Source: Eledone cirrhosa (taxonomy: Eukaryota). Taken from it: 64,000 nt of DNA. The notes below the pieces were generated by a model. It saw only the letters and a list, made by a program, of their open reading frames with translations, ran no database searches and had not been told where the DNA came from. How positions within the stretch are numbered: position 1 is the stretch's first letter; each line of letters begins with the position of its first letter. Below, piece after piece: positions 28,866 through 42,618 of this stretch. The stretch spans positions 88,660,001-88,724,000 of the forward strand of contig OZ024747.1 in assembly GCA_964016885.1 (NCBI GenBank), given 5' to 3'. The translations under genes were made by a program, and so were the position numbers.

Positions 28866-30727
28866 CTCGCTTTTTAGCCTTAATATAAATAAATATTAAA
28901 ACACTACTACGGTATTGAGTACTCCTTTCTCTCAACCGTTAACCACATACGGATATATATATATACATGTACACATTCTTCGTTGTCCAAATATTTAATA
29001 AAGTTATTATTTATGTTACAGAATTTGTTGAGTTTATTATTTATCTTCGTGGTTCTGTTGTTTTATGTCAGTTCACACTTGAATGTAATTTCCTGCCAGT
29101 AATGATGTTATATTTTTTATACGTTTTTGTTTTTTTTTAAGTTTTTTGTGGCTGAATTATCTCTTTTTCGTAGTAGATAAAATTAATATCTAATATTAAA
29201 TCTAAGATGAAAAGTGAAAATTAAATGTGATATAAAAATAAATGTTAAAAGACCTTTCTTAAAAATATAGCATATCACATAATTCTAAACAAAATTATAA
29301 TTTGCTTTCACTAAGATAAACATGTATATAATGTATATAATTCTAGCATTGTTTTGATATATACAGTTGTCAAGATTATAGAAGAATCTAACGTTTCGGG
29401 TCCTTGTCCTTCGCCTAAAAGTGATCGATGAGAAAGCCCAGAACATTGGATTCTTCAATGCTCACAGCAACTGAAAATATAAAATTCTTATCCTTGCCGA
29501 CACAGGCCATCAATAGCTTCCTCGGAATCTGGATTTTAAACAAATGCATACTTTTCTCATTTCCGTCTACGCACAAGCACACACTATATCTACACATAAC
29601 ATATACACCTACACTCATGTTTTAAAGCTAAGAACTGCCATATATACCCCGCATTATACCCTAACATCTTACGAAATGAAGGTCACATTTGACAATTTAT
29701 TTTCGGATATACACAATCAGAATATGATCCCAATTGGAACGCCTTTTACCCTAAATCTGCCCAAACAGGGCTGAGCTAAGCAATAGCAATATTTATGTAG
29801 TAGATGTCCAGAATCCTTGTGGTGTTAACTTATATCCTTTTATTCTCTGATCCACTTCGCCTTTTATTCTCCCAAATTGGACACACCTTTTATTCTCCCA
29901 AATTGGGCACAATAAGTATCCGTTACACAAAAAAGTAAAATACTGAGGTCGTTGTAATCAAATATATCTTAGAATATTGTGCACTAGCTTGGTCACACTC
30001 GATTACCGAAGCCAACTGGGAACATGATAAATGAACTCCTCCAGCTATCACTCGCAATCAAGTAAGCATTGACAGTATGTGCCATGCTTTCGGTAAGGGT
30101 TTTCAGCGCCAATGCAGTCGCAGCGAACAGACACAGATGCTCTTCTGGCCCAACTTCATTTGATACAGCCGAACATCAAGATGTGACAACTGGAAGGAAT
30201 GAGAGCTTCACCAGCACTGGGTTGGTACTTTCTTTATCGACGTCGAAAAGCTGAAAAGCAAAGTGGACTTCGGCAGGATTTGAACTTAGAACACAGAGAC
30301 CTAAACAAACATCCAGTACTCCAACGAGTCTGCTAAATCGATCGCCTTAACATATTGACTGGTAACATAATAAATGAGCATGATTTTCTAATAAAATATC
30401 AGGTATCTAATAAAATATCAGATTTTCTAATAAAATATCTGCTATACTTTATTTGAGTTGATGATAAACTTCTCTTTTACTGCCAAGTATGAGAGGACAG
30501 AAAAGTTATATATCATGAATACTTTCGGGGCTATGTTACCAACACACGCACAAATTCAGTTTTTCTTCAGCTTTATTATTAGTTAGGTAACTAATAATAG
30601 TTTAGAAACTGGATGGTTAGTTAATTGCCATATCTAATCGTCAAGGACTCTTCGTGCTCTTCTGTAATTTCTATTTGTTTTGATCTTGTTCTTGATCTTG
30701 AATTATATACACAAAAGAACATGAATA

Positions 30728-30772
30728 GTAATTGAGAAGGTCACAGAATGTGTGTGACGAAAGAACTTTGAC
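30728..30772 (+). ncRNA. Minimal type I hammerhead (family E), TTGAGAA (U3-A8) core
   Basis: GTAA-TTGAGAA-G-GTCAC[AGAATGTGT]GTGAC-GAAA-GAAC-TT|TGAC. A degenerate inverted partial copy of the element lies upstream at ~30535-30630. Confidence 0.55.
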
Positions 30773-31540
30773 ACTTAAATAACCACCCGGCTACTAAACT
30801 AACCAAGGAATTGATTAGTTACTTAACTAATAATAAAACTGGAGTGAAAACCAGCTGATGTGTGTGTGTGTTTTAATTGACAACGTGATTCTCCCAATAT
30901 TTTTTTCAACACAGAATTTCACATCAAGAATCTTGAAAAACAAATATAAAAACGAAATTAGATATATATATTTATCCTATTATCTCAACAAAGATAGGAG
31001 ATGTGTGAAAAGTAACAATAAACGTGGACGTTTATCATGTATAACTGTTATTGTGTGTTATCATTTGTTCTGTAGTCACGTATTTCGAGTGAATATGATT
31101 AATGTTTCGTAAATGTTTACTATAACTATAACGTATAATTTAAAAGTCTGAAGATATTGTTGCCAAGAAACAACCAAGAATTATATACAAGATGTGATAA
31201 ATACATGGAAATCCGTAAGTATTATATTTAGTCACGCGGCAAATGATCTCTACATTTCAGACGATAACTCACGAGTGCACACGAAGCGGATTAAATAACC
31301 ATACATCGGACTAATGCTCAATACGTAGATTAATATACGAAACGCAAAATTATATATGCATGGTAAGTAAATTTATATATGACAAAATCTAAGAATAGGA
31401 ATAGCATCGGATGAATTGCCTTATGCTATTTAGCTGCAAGCCTTTACGTTAGGAGTTAGAATTTCAGTAAAGTCGACTCTGGTTTTCCCCATCCTACCTA
31501 TGATTACATATACATAACGTTTACATATATATATGTAAAC

Positions 31541-31768
<228 letters not shown>

Positions 31769-32204
31769 CAGGATGGTGAATAAAAATGAAGAATTAATGA
31801 ATTTTGAATGAAGAAATGAAAGAAAAAGAGTAAAAGAAAAAGAAGAAAAGGAAGGAGGAAGTGGATATGATCAACAATAGCAACAATGATAAATGAAAAC
31901 AAAGATAAACAGAAGTACAAGAGTCGACTGAAAAGTTCCTAGGCTGACCAAGGAAGAAAATAGGATGAGGAAAAAGTAAAAGAAGAAAAAGAAAAGAAGA
32001 GGCAGAAAAAGAAAAAGTAGACGAAGAAAAAAAGAAGAGAAAAAACAATCATTAAATTCTTTAAGTGGAAATATTTGGGAAATGGTGGAGCGCATTAGAG
32101 AGTGTTTTGGTAGGTTATAAATAGGTATTTATAAGGAAATATGTGCAAATAAAGAGAAATCGAAAGGATAAAATGTATTAAAACTAACAAAACGGAAACA
32201 AGTT

Positions 32205-32570
32205 TCATTGCAGAGTTACGGCCCTTGCTATTCTGAGTTCAAATCCTGCCGAGGTTAACTTTGTCTTTCATCCTTACGGGGTCGATAAAATAAAGTACCA
32301 GTAATGCACCGGGTAATTGGTTGGCCTTGTGCCAAAAAGTAGAAACAATTATTTCTAGCTAAACTAGGGTGGTGGATTGACAGAATAGGTAGGGTGCCGG
32401 TCAACATGCTGTGTAGCATAGAGTTACGGCCCTTTATGTTCTAAGTTCAAATTGCACCGAGGTTAGCTTTGCTTTTCATCCTTACGGGGTCGATAAATAA
32501 AGTACCAGTAATGCACTGGGGTCGAATAAATCGATTTTTCTCTCCCCTTCCTGGAGTAGAAATAATTATC
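32205..32570 (+). mobile_element. Two tandem SINE A copies
   Basis: B boxes GAGTTCAAATCC and AAGTTCAAATTG with the family A body; the short-variant copy is followed by a long-variant copy. Confidence 0.85.
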
Positions 32571-32602
32571 TGTTGATAAACATACTCGCGTACTACACAC
32601 AC

Positions 32603-32670
<68 letters not shown>

Positions 32671-35416
32671 TAAAAGAAAAAAAATGATTTCCTTAAAGCT
32701 TCAACTGCCCTTCATAATTTGATAAAGGTAAACACTAGGATGTGTAGCAAACTGTGTAAGAATCGGACAATGACGATGAAATTTCATTTGTACTCTACTG
32801 CAATGATTCTATCTATAACAGAATAATTATGCATTTGCAGACGTTTGACGGCATTATAAGCCTACTGTATTCACAAACCCTCAACAGCAACGCCTGACAC
32901 ATTGTTTATCTCATTTTCCTTGTGGCACGTATCGTATAGTAAAGAACTTTGCGTCACAACTAATGGAGACCGGGTTCGATCCGACTGCTCGGCAACTTGA
33001 GAAACTTTGTTTTGCCATTGCCTCGAGTCGATTTCAGCTGTGGAAGAATAATTGTTTAGACGAGAAAATGCAGAATCTGAAGTGTTTCTGGTGTGGATAT
33101 GTTAATCTGACGTCCACTTTAACAACTATCACCCCTTTTAACATCACATTGTGGTTATTTAGCAGTGTCCTCTGGGTTTTAGTCGAGGAGAGAAGGTCGA
33201 TGCCTATTGCCCTTTCAAGTGCACTTTCGAGACAAGTGAAAGTGAGCGAGAAAGATGTCGTTAAACCTGAGGCCGTCTCCGAATACTTTCGTATAAGCAA
33301 TGAAACAAGGATGTTTGAGACCTGTGGTGACACATGTATGTATGGTATCGTAACTCCTCATGGAGTCGTATGGGCGCCATATTAATACGACCTTTCTTGG
33401 GCATTTTAAACCTGGTGGAGACCATCTCCTCTCTGGATTTGAACACAGCGAGATTTCTTCCAGATAAGAATAGATGTGAGAGAAAGGAAATGAGAAAGAG
33501 ATATAGAGGAATAATTGAGCCCCAATACTAGACTGGCACTTTTTATCGACGTCAAAAAGATGAAAGGCAAAGTTGACCATGTCGAGATTTGTACTCAGAG
33601 AGCCGGAACGAATGCCTCAAAGCATTTTATCCGACGTTCTAACGACTGCCAATTTATCGCACTATACAGGCATAGATGACGTGAGGCCAAATTGATTCCT
33701 ACGTGAATCGTCAAGGGCTTCGTATACACAATGTCATAAGCGTGTATAATGCAAATAAATTAAGGGATCACTGTCGGATTCGACGATGAGTATTCCAGTT
33801 GTTCGATCAACTGAGCAACCTATTCAGTGTTTTACTGTGACTGAATATTCCACAAACACATATAGGCTTAACGTAATTCTTAAATATAATCTGCTTGACA
33901 TCGTGTTGACGTGGCTTGAAATTTGAATTATAGGTACACGCAATTATAGGTACACTCAATCCAACAGGTCTCCGTTCAGTTTCCATCTCACTAATTTTAT
34001 TCAAAAGGTTCAACGTGACCTTGGCTGAAGATTATTGGACCAGGTAAATCATCACTGTGACGTGAATTCCCTAACTACTCAGTGGCGTGAACTTATTTCC
34101 TACGGCATTGAACTTCTTACGTTCGGCCTGTCATAATTCGAAACATGTTCTAGTCGAACGAATCACGAAATTGCCTTATCTCTTTCCTCCAAGGCGATAT
34201 TCATAACACTTTTCTTACTACGAACATTATTCAGTTGACTATAAAGAAGTAAATACTTTTGAACGTGTTCGACTATACCTTATTCAATTGACTTTGTAAA
34301 TACGAAATTATCTATATAGATTCACAAACTCATATACGTAAACCTTTCCTTAACATTCAGTGGTGACTTTCATTTGATTGGTGATAGTAACTTACCTAGA
34401 TTGACTGAATATTTGTCTCAATGGGATCCCATACTTAAATGCTGTACCAAGAAGATCAAAGAAAGCCATGAAAGGGGAGAATACTTTGACGTACACACTT
34501 TATCACTTGAATTACTAAAATGGATTTATTTTATTTTGCTTCAATCTCGTTTACAGACTCACTTATCAGATCAGAGGCAATATTCAATAATAATTGATAC
34601 CACACGTGTCAATCACTCATTACCTTAAAAGTATGGATTGTAAGTTTAAGCATAAAGAGAAATTTCGACCTTTTGAAGACAATTATTTGAAAACATAGCC
34701 TCGCTCATAAAGAAAACATTAAGTAAAAATATTATCCTCTGAGAAGATTGCAAATCTTAAGAGTATAGGAGTATGGCTGGTAATAAAAGGATCGATTGAT
34801 CGACTTTCGTCAAATCGGACCGAGGAAACAATATTTTCGTCGGTCTTTCCAGTTGCTAGTACAATCTATCGGACGCAACTCCAGGTAGAAGGAGCAACGT
34901 GAAATAAAGTGTCTTGCTCAAGGTCATAACGCATCAAGAAAGCACAACCAATATAACTTAATAAAAATCCTCTCCTAATGGTTGCCACACACTAAATTAT
35001 TGCATCGTATGTCAATCCGTTGGTTGGTCATAATTAATAGTATGAAATTGACCCTGTCGTTGATCTGCATCTTAATCTAGTGCAAAGTGTCAAACGTGAG
35101 ATGACAGGTGATATTAAATACATGTATTCTGTCAGATCTATAGAAACGTCATCCATCTGATTTAGCAATGTTGCATTCATTAATAACTGCTGTATATTAT
35201 GAGCAACTGATATCAATCTTGATACTACATTTGGCAACATAGAAAATGCTTATCAAAACTCCGCCGAACCTGAGAGACCATTCTTCTGATAGTGTAATTA
35301 TTGTATCGACAGATTATGTTTAATTTAGAGCAATAATGTTTCCAAATTCATGTATGTATTAAAGGTTCGCGGCCACATCGTCAGAAACAAAATGATCATC
35401 ATTATTGTAGTAGTCA

Positions 35417-35599
35417 ATGGTGGATTGGCAGTATCGGTAGAGAGTCGGACGCTATGCTTTCCAGCATAGTTACGTCCCTTTACGGTCTGAGTTCAAATCC
35501 CGCCGAGGTTGACTTTGCCTTTCATCCTTACGGGGTCGATAAAATAAAGTACCAGTAATGCACTGGGTAATTGATGGCCTTGTGCCAAAAGTAGAAACA
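35417..35599 (+). mobile_element. Full-length tRNA-derived SINE family A with 16-bp TSD
   Basis: A box TGGCAGTATCGG, B box GAGTTCAAATCC, body GACTTTGCCTTTCATCCTTACGGGGTCGATAAAATAAAGTACCAG. TSD ATTATTGTAGTAGTCA at 35401-35416 and 35600-35615. There are more than 20 copies or fragments in the window. Confidence 0.92.
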
Positions 35600-36479
35600 A
35601 TTATTGTAGTAGTCATTGAAATGGTCAGAAATCATAAACGTCAAATTTAATTTCTCAACGGTTGAAGCATGGCAGTTATTATCATTGGATAATACTGTAA
35701 CCAATCCTAATCCCCTGAAAAATGTGTCGCTCTGTGTATGGGTATCAGGGGTCTACTGGGGGTAGAGAGAATTAGAGAAAAATAAAACAAGAAGGCTGTT
35801 GAAAATAAAGACCAGCATTATACTGAAATTATATTACCTACATTACACCCTGGAAGCACTATGTTTCCGACTGCTAAGTTCTAAAAATCTTTGATGAGTT
35901 TCTATGCCATCATCGTCGGAAGTGCAAAGAATCGTTTAAGTTGTGTGAACTTGTTTAAATATACCATAACACGGATAACGATGGTATTTAGCAACAGCCA
36001 CAGTATGAAGATCAAAGATATGAAGAAATTGCTGCGCAAAATAAAAGAAGAGAAACTTTACGACATAGCTCAATTTCGATGAAATTAACATCAAAAATAG
36101 AATTCAGAATCAATTTACGGGAAAGAAGTATTATAGTAATTACGTGAATAAATATTTTGCAATCATACTGAGAATACTTTTTACGTGCAAAGTAAATTAG
36201 CGAAACATTTTAATAGAAGAGAAAAAAGCATGCTATACACAACGGTATACAGATGCAGCTAAAACGAAAATGCACTCGAAAATTAAGTCATTAAATATAA
36301 CATACCTACAATATACCCAATCTCCGAACAGAATATGTTTATAGCAGTTAAGCACACGGCATTCTGTAATAACTTAATGCTAAAACGAACTTCAGAAATA
36401 GAAATTAAAACCAATAAGTTATTGTAATTATCAAATTGTTCGTAACTGTCTTCGTTATATTCCGGCTGTTTCCGCGTAT

Positions 36480-36640
36480 CAATCAGCATCAACACCAGTA
36501 TCAGTAGCAGCAACGGCAGCAGCAGCATCAATTGCAACACTAATAGCAACAACAGCAGTAGCAGCAGCAGCAACGGCAACAACAACTACATTAACAACGG
36601 CAACAACAACATAAGCAACATAAGCAACAGCATCAGCAGA
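36480..36640. repeat. Imperfect (CAG/CAA)n trinucleotide tract
   Basis: Visible. Confidence 0.85.
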
Positions 36641-37534
36641 GCTGACGAGCCCTCAAATCAGGCAGGAACCGCCCAAGCGCCCATATCCTTCACGAGGGCG
36701 GTTAAACACGTAGAAAGATGCGCGCAGAACGACAAAACCGTTCTGCACCCACTTGACAAGTGTCCATGCATTACTGACTAGTGTAGCTATGTTGAACAGC
36801 TCTTATAGCATGTGGGACGGATCGACCAAGTGAAGATCGCCCGGCCGCCTTCTTTTGGCCGAGAAGCTATGTAATTAGCCTTTAATACTCCAACGTATCA
36901 AACTTATCCCTTTTTGATAGTTGGCCTGAATTCCATGTTAAACACTTGAAGTTTCTATAAGTGTCGTTTATTATTATGTTTAACATTTTAATGAAGATTT
37001 CATGCATGGATTTACCTTTTCCCAATTAACAATGTTTCTGTATTATCAGCTGTTACATTATATATCAGCTGTAACATTATATAATTATGTTCTATGTTAC
37101 TAAAAGGATTGCAAAATACTTCCCTAATATTTTTCTTTTTGTGAGAAAGGCCTGGTATTTGTCAGTTTGTAAATCGCCGATCTATTCAGTCTCCTCATTA
37201 TATTTTCCTCTCATCATACTTCAACATTGGACATTTTTGGTGTGTCACAATTTTATATTTTTTTTATATGTTTTCTCATATAGTTTTGTATAAAACTTTC
37301 ACTATCTTCATTAAACATGTTTTCATGCATTAATTGTGAATGTCGTTTGTTGTTTTTACAATAAATCGTTTGATCTATTGAGTTTTAATGACAAATGTCA
37401 ATTTTCGTTGCTCTCATTTTATTTTTAAGCTTTACGTTTCAATCTCTGTTTCTGATATACCTTCTATCATATACGTTCACTTTTCAAATTTCGTTATGGC
37501 GGTTTCGCATTTATTTTAATATTGGTTTCTGATT

Positions 37535-37752
37535 AGTTTCTGATTTAGGCACAAGGCCAACAATTTAGGTGGAAGGGAAAGTTGATTAAATCGACCCCAG
37601 TGCGTGACTGGTACTTTATTTTATCGACTTCATAAGTATGAAAGGCAGAGCTAACCTCGACGGAATTTGAACTCAGATCGTAAAGGAACGTAACCCTATG
37701 TCGTAAAGCATGTTGTCCGATGTTCTACCGATTCTGCCAATCCAACACCTTA
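37535..37752 (-). mobile_element. Full-length SINE A (long variant) with TSD
   Basis: Flanked by CATTTATTTTAATATTG on both sides (~37508-37524 and ~37754-37770). Confidence 0.85.
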
Positions 37753-38055
37753 GCATTTATTTTAATATTGACAATGGGCACTGCATGGCCAAACTGTTAA
37801 GTAGTTCGCGTTACACTCTTCAGATTTCAGGTTCGGTCTGTTGTGGGACATTTTGGAGAAATAAGTTTTACTATAGCTTCGTATCAACCCAAGCCTTGTG
37901 AATGAAATTTGGTAGACGGAAACAGTTTCGGAGCACGTCAGATGCACTGTACCTGTAAATCACAGGGCCAGCTTTTTCGCACACTTTGTAATGCTGAATC
38001 TTCTTGTGTTAAAGGTATACGTGTGCGAAACCGAGGTAGATCTATTTAGAAAAGA

Positions 38056-38475
38056 TATCTTCTTCGTCTTCTTCTTCTTCGCCCACTTATTTCTGAGAGG
38101 TCGTGGGGGGCAGAGTCCTCAAACACTCCTTCCAGCAAGCCCTGTCAGAAGCAACCATCTCCAATTGATCCAACTGATCCCCAAGTGAGACCAGTCAAGC
38201 TCGCAGATGTTATCCAACCATCTTGCACAGGGTCTACTCCTGGGTCTCCTGCCGGTTGGTTTTTCCCTTAAAATCTGTCCAGCGATTCTTTCCTGAGACA
38301 TTGTAACCACATGTCCATAGTATCGGAGCTGTAATCTCTCAATTCGGAAAAGTAGCGGCTCTACCTGGAGTGACTCTCCGAGCTACGCACTTTATCGAGT
38401 AACGTTACTCCAAAGACCCTTTGGAGGAACCCATTTAGGCCGCTTGTATTCGCAATCGTATTCTTTCGGTCATTA
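38056..38475 (-). mobile_element. Second 5'-truncated RTE (Rex3/Expander-like) copy with (GAA)n tail
   Basis: Reverse complement of ~6460-6820; encodes 'QERIAGQILREKPTGRRPRSRPCARWLDNI' (RTE R..GRP..RW.D motif). Confidence 0.88.
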
Positions 38476-38514
38476 AGCCTGTACAGGAATATGGGATTGA
38501 TTTTCAGATTCTTG

Positions 38515-38604
<90 letters not shown>

Positions 38605-38781
38605 CTGCCCAGATGGCACGTCTCTAGTATCTGTATATGTAAGACAGACTTTCCGTCTATTGAATTCTACCGACATGCGACATGGTAGTCCTGAGACTAT
38701 AGTAGAAGACATTAGTCTCGAGGTGACACAAGGTGGGATCGAAACTGGAACCACGTCATTGCAATGCAAACTTCTCCATCA

Positions 38782-38979
38782 CAGACCTGTCAACTCTCCC
38801 CGTCCGACGGGGAGATCTCCCACCTACTTTGGGGTGGGTGAGAGATGATGTCTTCTCTTGTGAAAATGGGTATAGTTTTCATTATGTAAAATCTCCCCAT
38901 TTTGCCTTAATTCTCCCCGTTTTGAGGCTTTTTTTTTCATGGTACTCCCCGTTTGGGTTTTTAGAGGTTGCCGGGTCTG
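38782..38979 (+). mobile_element. ~195-bp MITE with CAGACCTGYCAAC TIRs (copy 1)
   Basis: TIRs CAGACCTGTCAAC/GTTGCCGGGTCTG; flanks CCATCA/CAATCA; interrupts a SINE B copy. Confidence 0.8.
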
Positions 38980-39922
38980 CAATCACATAGCCGCCGGCAT
39001 TCATTTTGTTTAAAATTCATTTGCTGTTTACTAGTTGCGATGATTGTAACCTAGTAGACGTGATTTACACTGGTTATAGATATTAGATTGGTTACGTGTG
39101 GAGAATTTGTTGTATTAAGTTATAAGAATTAAAACATATCTCCTTTTGTTTGTCAGTGCTATTTTAGGTTTAGGTTTTCTTCCGTCAATCATAAAACAAT
39201 TTACTTTTTCAATTTGAATTCTGAGTTCCTCTATTACTTTTCTGAACTTTTTATAATGTTTTTTAGTATTTGTATTATTTGGCAACTCTTTGTGGCTCAT
39301 TTGTGTGGAATAGATTGCAAATGTGACAAGAAGAAAATTTGTTTACTTTTATCTTGTGTGTGTACGTGTGTATGTGTGTTAGTGTGTCTGTATGTGTGAG
39401 TTTGTATATGTGTGTGTGTGTAAGTGTGTGTGTGTGTATGTTTGTTTGTCTCTGTGTATGTATGTGTGTCTGTATGTGTATGTGTATGAGTATGTGTGTG
39501 TGAATGTGTGTGTATGCTTGTTTGCCTGTGTGTGTGTGTGTGTGCATGTGTGTGCCTATATGTGTATGTGTGTTTATGTGTATGTGTGTTTATGTGTATG
39601 TGTGTTTATGTGTATGTGTGTTTATGTGTGTGTGTGTGTCTGTTCATGTGTATGTGTGTGTCTATTTTTATTATCTTTTTTCCTGCTTTTCTTTCCTTTA
39701 TCTAATTCTCTTTATTTCCTTTGTCCCTTCTTTTCCTCACTTGGCTATCTCTCTCTATATTTCTTTTATTTTCCTTCTCCATTATGTTCTCTTACTATCC
39801 ACATCTTCCTACCCCCCCCCCCCTACACACATATTCCATTTCATCCAAAACACACATCCACCCCAGTCCTCCCATCACCCTAGTTTTTTACCTAATTATA
39901 ATGTGCGTGTGTGTGTATCTGT

Positions 39923-39981
<59 letters not shown>

Positions 39982-40995
39982 CATGTGTGTGGTTCAGACA
40001 GACTATACATGCTTCGGCCAACATGTCATCACTACACCCGCGGTCAGGTCAAGGTGCGTGGGTTCTGGGAAAGTTTACGAATAGAATAACCAGAATTAGA
40101 CTACAGACAGCTATATCTGAAAGGTCAGACCAGCACGAAGACGCTTACATTATCTCAGGAATTTATTACTTTATAATCACGACTTGGCATAAAGTGCATC
40201 TCTGCAGACTTCTGAATATTTTGCTGAATATATGCAATAGACGAGTTTGGCTGCTGAAAAGTATATATCTGCCACTAAAACCCTCTGTAAATAAAAGCTC
40301 GGGATTCTGTGACCAGTGATATCCAGCGTAGTTAAGTACCTATGATGCAGCATCTAATGCCATTCTTAGTCTCTATGCAGTATTGTTGCATTGTGTGAAA
40401 CACATATTTTCACAGTCCGTTTCTGTGGTGAAGCTACACTTTTAGCCGAGATTAATTTTGTATTCCATAAAAAGAGTACCGATAAAAAAAGTACCAATCT
40501 AGTACCGGGGTCCATTCTCTCTGTATATCTTTTTCTCACTTTCTCTCTCCTTCTCTGAAAGAAATCGGCTGTGTTCAGACGTGGCTAGTAAATGGGCCCT
40601 GTCAGTTTTTAAATACCCAAGTCATGTCGTATGTCATTACAACACCCCAATGACTCCACCAGAAGTTACAGTTATATACATACAATGATATACTTACTGA
40701 ATGTGGTAGGCAAATCGTTCTTGATTGATCAAAATGTTCTTCTGGGTTGGACAATCTCGTCAGCAAAGACGCAAATTTCAGTTACGTAAGAATCTTTTGG
40801 GCATGGCATTCTGTACATCATCCCTTAACTTAGTGGTGAAGCTGCTTCGCATCAATAAACACTATACCAAGATGATCCAATAAAAGGAGCGTTTATATGC
40901 TCGCTCACTGGACATGTTAGAAATAGTAACCAAATCATCCTCAAATCACACCCTATCATTTGTAGGCAAGGAAGAATACATGTAAGGATAGATAT

Positions 40996-41191
40996 CAGAC
41001 CTGTCAACTCTCTCTGTCCGACGGGGGAGATCTGCCATCCACTTTGGGGTGGGTGAGAGATGTCTTCTCTTATGAAAATAGGTATAACTTTCATTATGTA
41101 AAATCTCCCCATTTTGTCTCATTTTTCCCGTTTGGGGGCACTTTTTTTTCATGGTACTCCCCGTTTGGGTTTTTAGGGGTTGGCAGGTCTG
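40996..41191 (+). mobile_element. Same MITE (copy 2)
   Basis: TIRs CAGACCTGTCAAC/GTTGGCAGGTCTG; flanks ...AGATAT / GATAT...; lies inside a family C repeat. Confidence 0.82.
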
Positions 41192-42453
41192 GATATATAA
41201 AATAATGGCATTGTCACTGCTTAAACACCTTTGATAATAGATTTGATCGATCAAGACTGACTTGCAATAAACAGCAACAAAAACCCCAATTATAACAAAA
41301 CAACTGAAGCAAGATGACTGTTAAAATACAATTACAAAGAGAAATATTTACAGTATTCGAATAAAAATCACTGCCAATGTATCAATGTGTAAATGTTAAA
41401 CTATAGAGTTGGATGGTACGTGTGAAAGTAAATATTTCCACTGAAATGTGTTTAAAACTAATTTATCTTTCATTTTCTGGCGAACAAATATAACTAAAGA
41501 CCACAATTCCCTGAACATAGCAAGCTAACGTATTTGGCAATGGATAAATAACACATATTTGGCTTTTATCAGAGCTCCAAATATTGTGGTCGGAGATACA
41601 AAATTATGGGTATCAACACAGAGAAGTGTTAACTACAGAAAGTGAGAGGAGGAGGAAATGAATACACAATATCCTACGTTTACATTCAATATATTAAATA
41701 TATATTACATACATATTGATTTCTAAATTAAACACAACGCCAGCAAATTTGGTGGATGTGGGGGTTAAAGTGGATTAGAGCAACCTCGTTATTTGACTGT
41801 TGCTTTATTTTAACGGCCACAGGAGCATGAAAAACGAAGTTGATCTTGGTGGGATTTAAAACTCAGAATGTAAAAAGCCGGAAGAAACAAATACCGCAAT
41901 GACATTTTATCCGACGCTCTACCAATTCTGCCAAATCACCACCCTCATATTACATATACAGTGTGTCCCCAAAAATGTATATGTAATATGAGGGTGATTG
42001 TTGTTTTCTGCTACTTCCCTAATGTAGAGCCCTAAAAAACGTCACCTCTCCAACAGCCCATCAATCCACTATAGATATAACATCAACCTACATCTCAAAA
42101 ATGGAACACTTGGAAGATTACGTAAAGGATATACGTATTTGTGGTGTAGTCAGCCAGTTACACTTTAATTCAATGTGTAGGCAATTTAGATTGTCGTACA
42201 GGTGGAATGTTTATCATGGATGAGACATTTGCTTATATACACAACAAACGTTTTAACATTGTAGTACAACATTAATGGCTTTAAAATACCTTTATGGAAA
42301 ATAATAGATTTTACTGTCACACACAACTTTCACAATACTTCAGAAAACGTAAGAGATAGTACTCAAAATTAATCTCAAACGAGACAGGCACTTTCGAAAA
42401 AGGTCTAGTCTCAAAATATAAATAAAAGGTTAGTATTCAATGTATGTATGTAC

Positions 42454-42486
<33 letters not shown>

Positions 42487-42570
42487 AAAAGTAAACAGAA
42501 ATAACAAAGCAAACGGCACAGTTCATTGAAGAAATATATTAGTTTAACCCTTGAAATAGCAGGAAAAGAG

Positions 42571-42606
42571 TCTTAACGTTTCGGACACTAGTCATTCATC
42601 AGAAGA
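42571..42606 (-). ncRNA. Minimal type I hammerhead (family H; element ~42487-42618 continuing at 43400-43480)
   Basis: Minus strand: UCUU-CUGAUGA-A-UGAC[UAGU]GUCC-GAAA-CG-UU|AAGA, with one stem II mismatch. Confidence 0.65.
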
Positions 42607-42618
42607 TAGAGTTAGAAA

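Noticed and set aside
29385-29425. Minus-strand hammerhead-like motif (AGGAC...CCGAAACGTTAGA)
   Set aside because: The CUGANGA core has decayed to TAGGCGA and stem II does not pair well; at most a fossil of a family H-like element.
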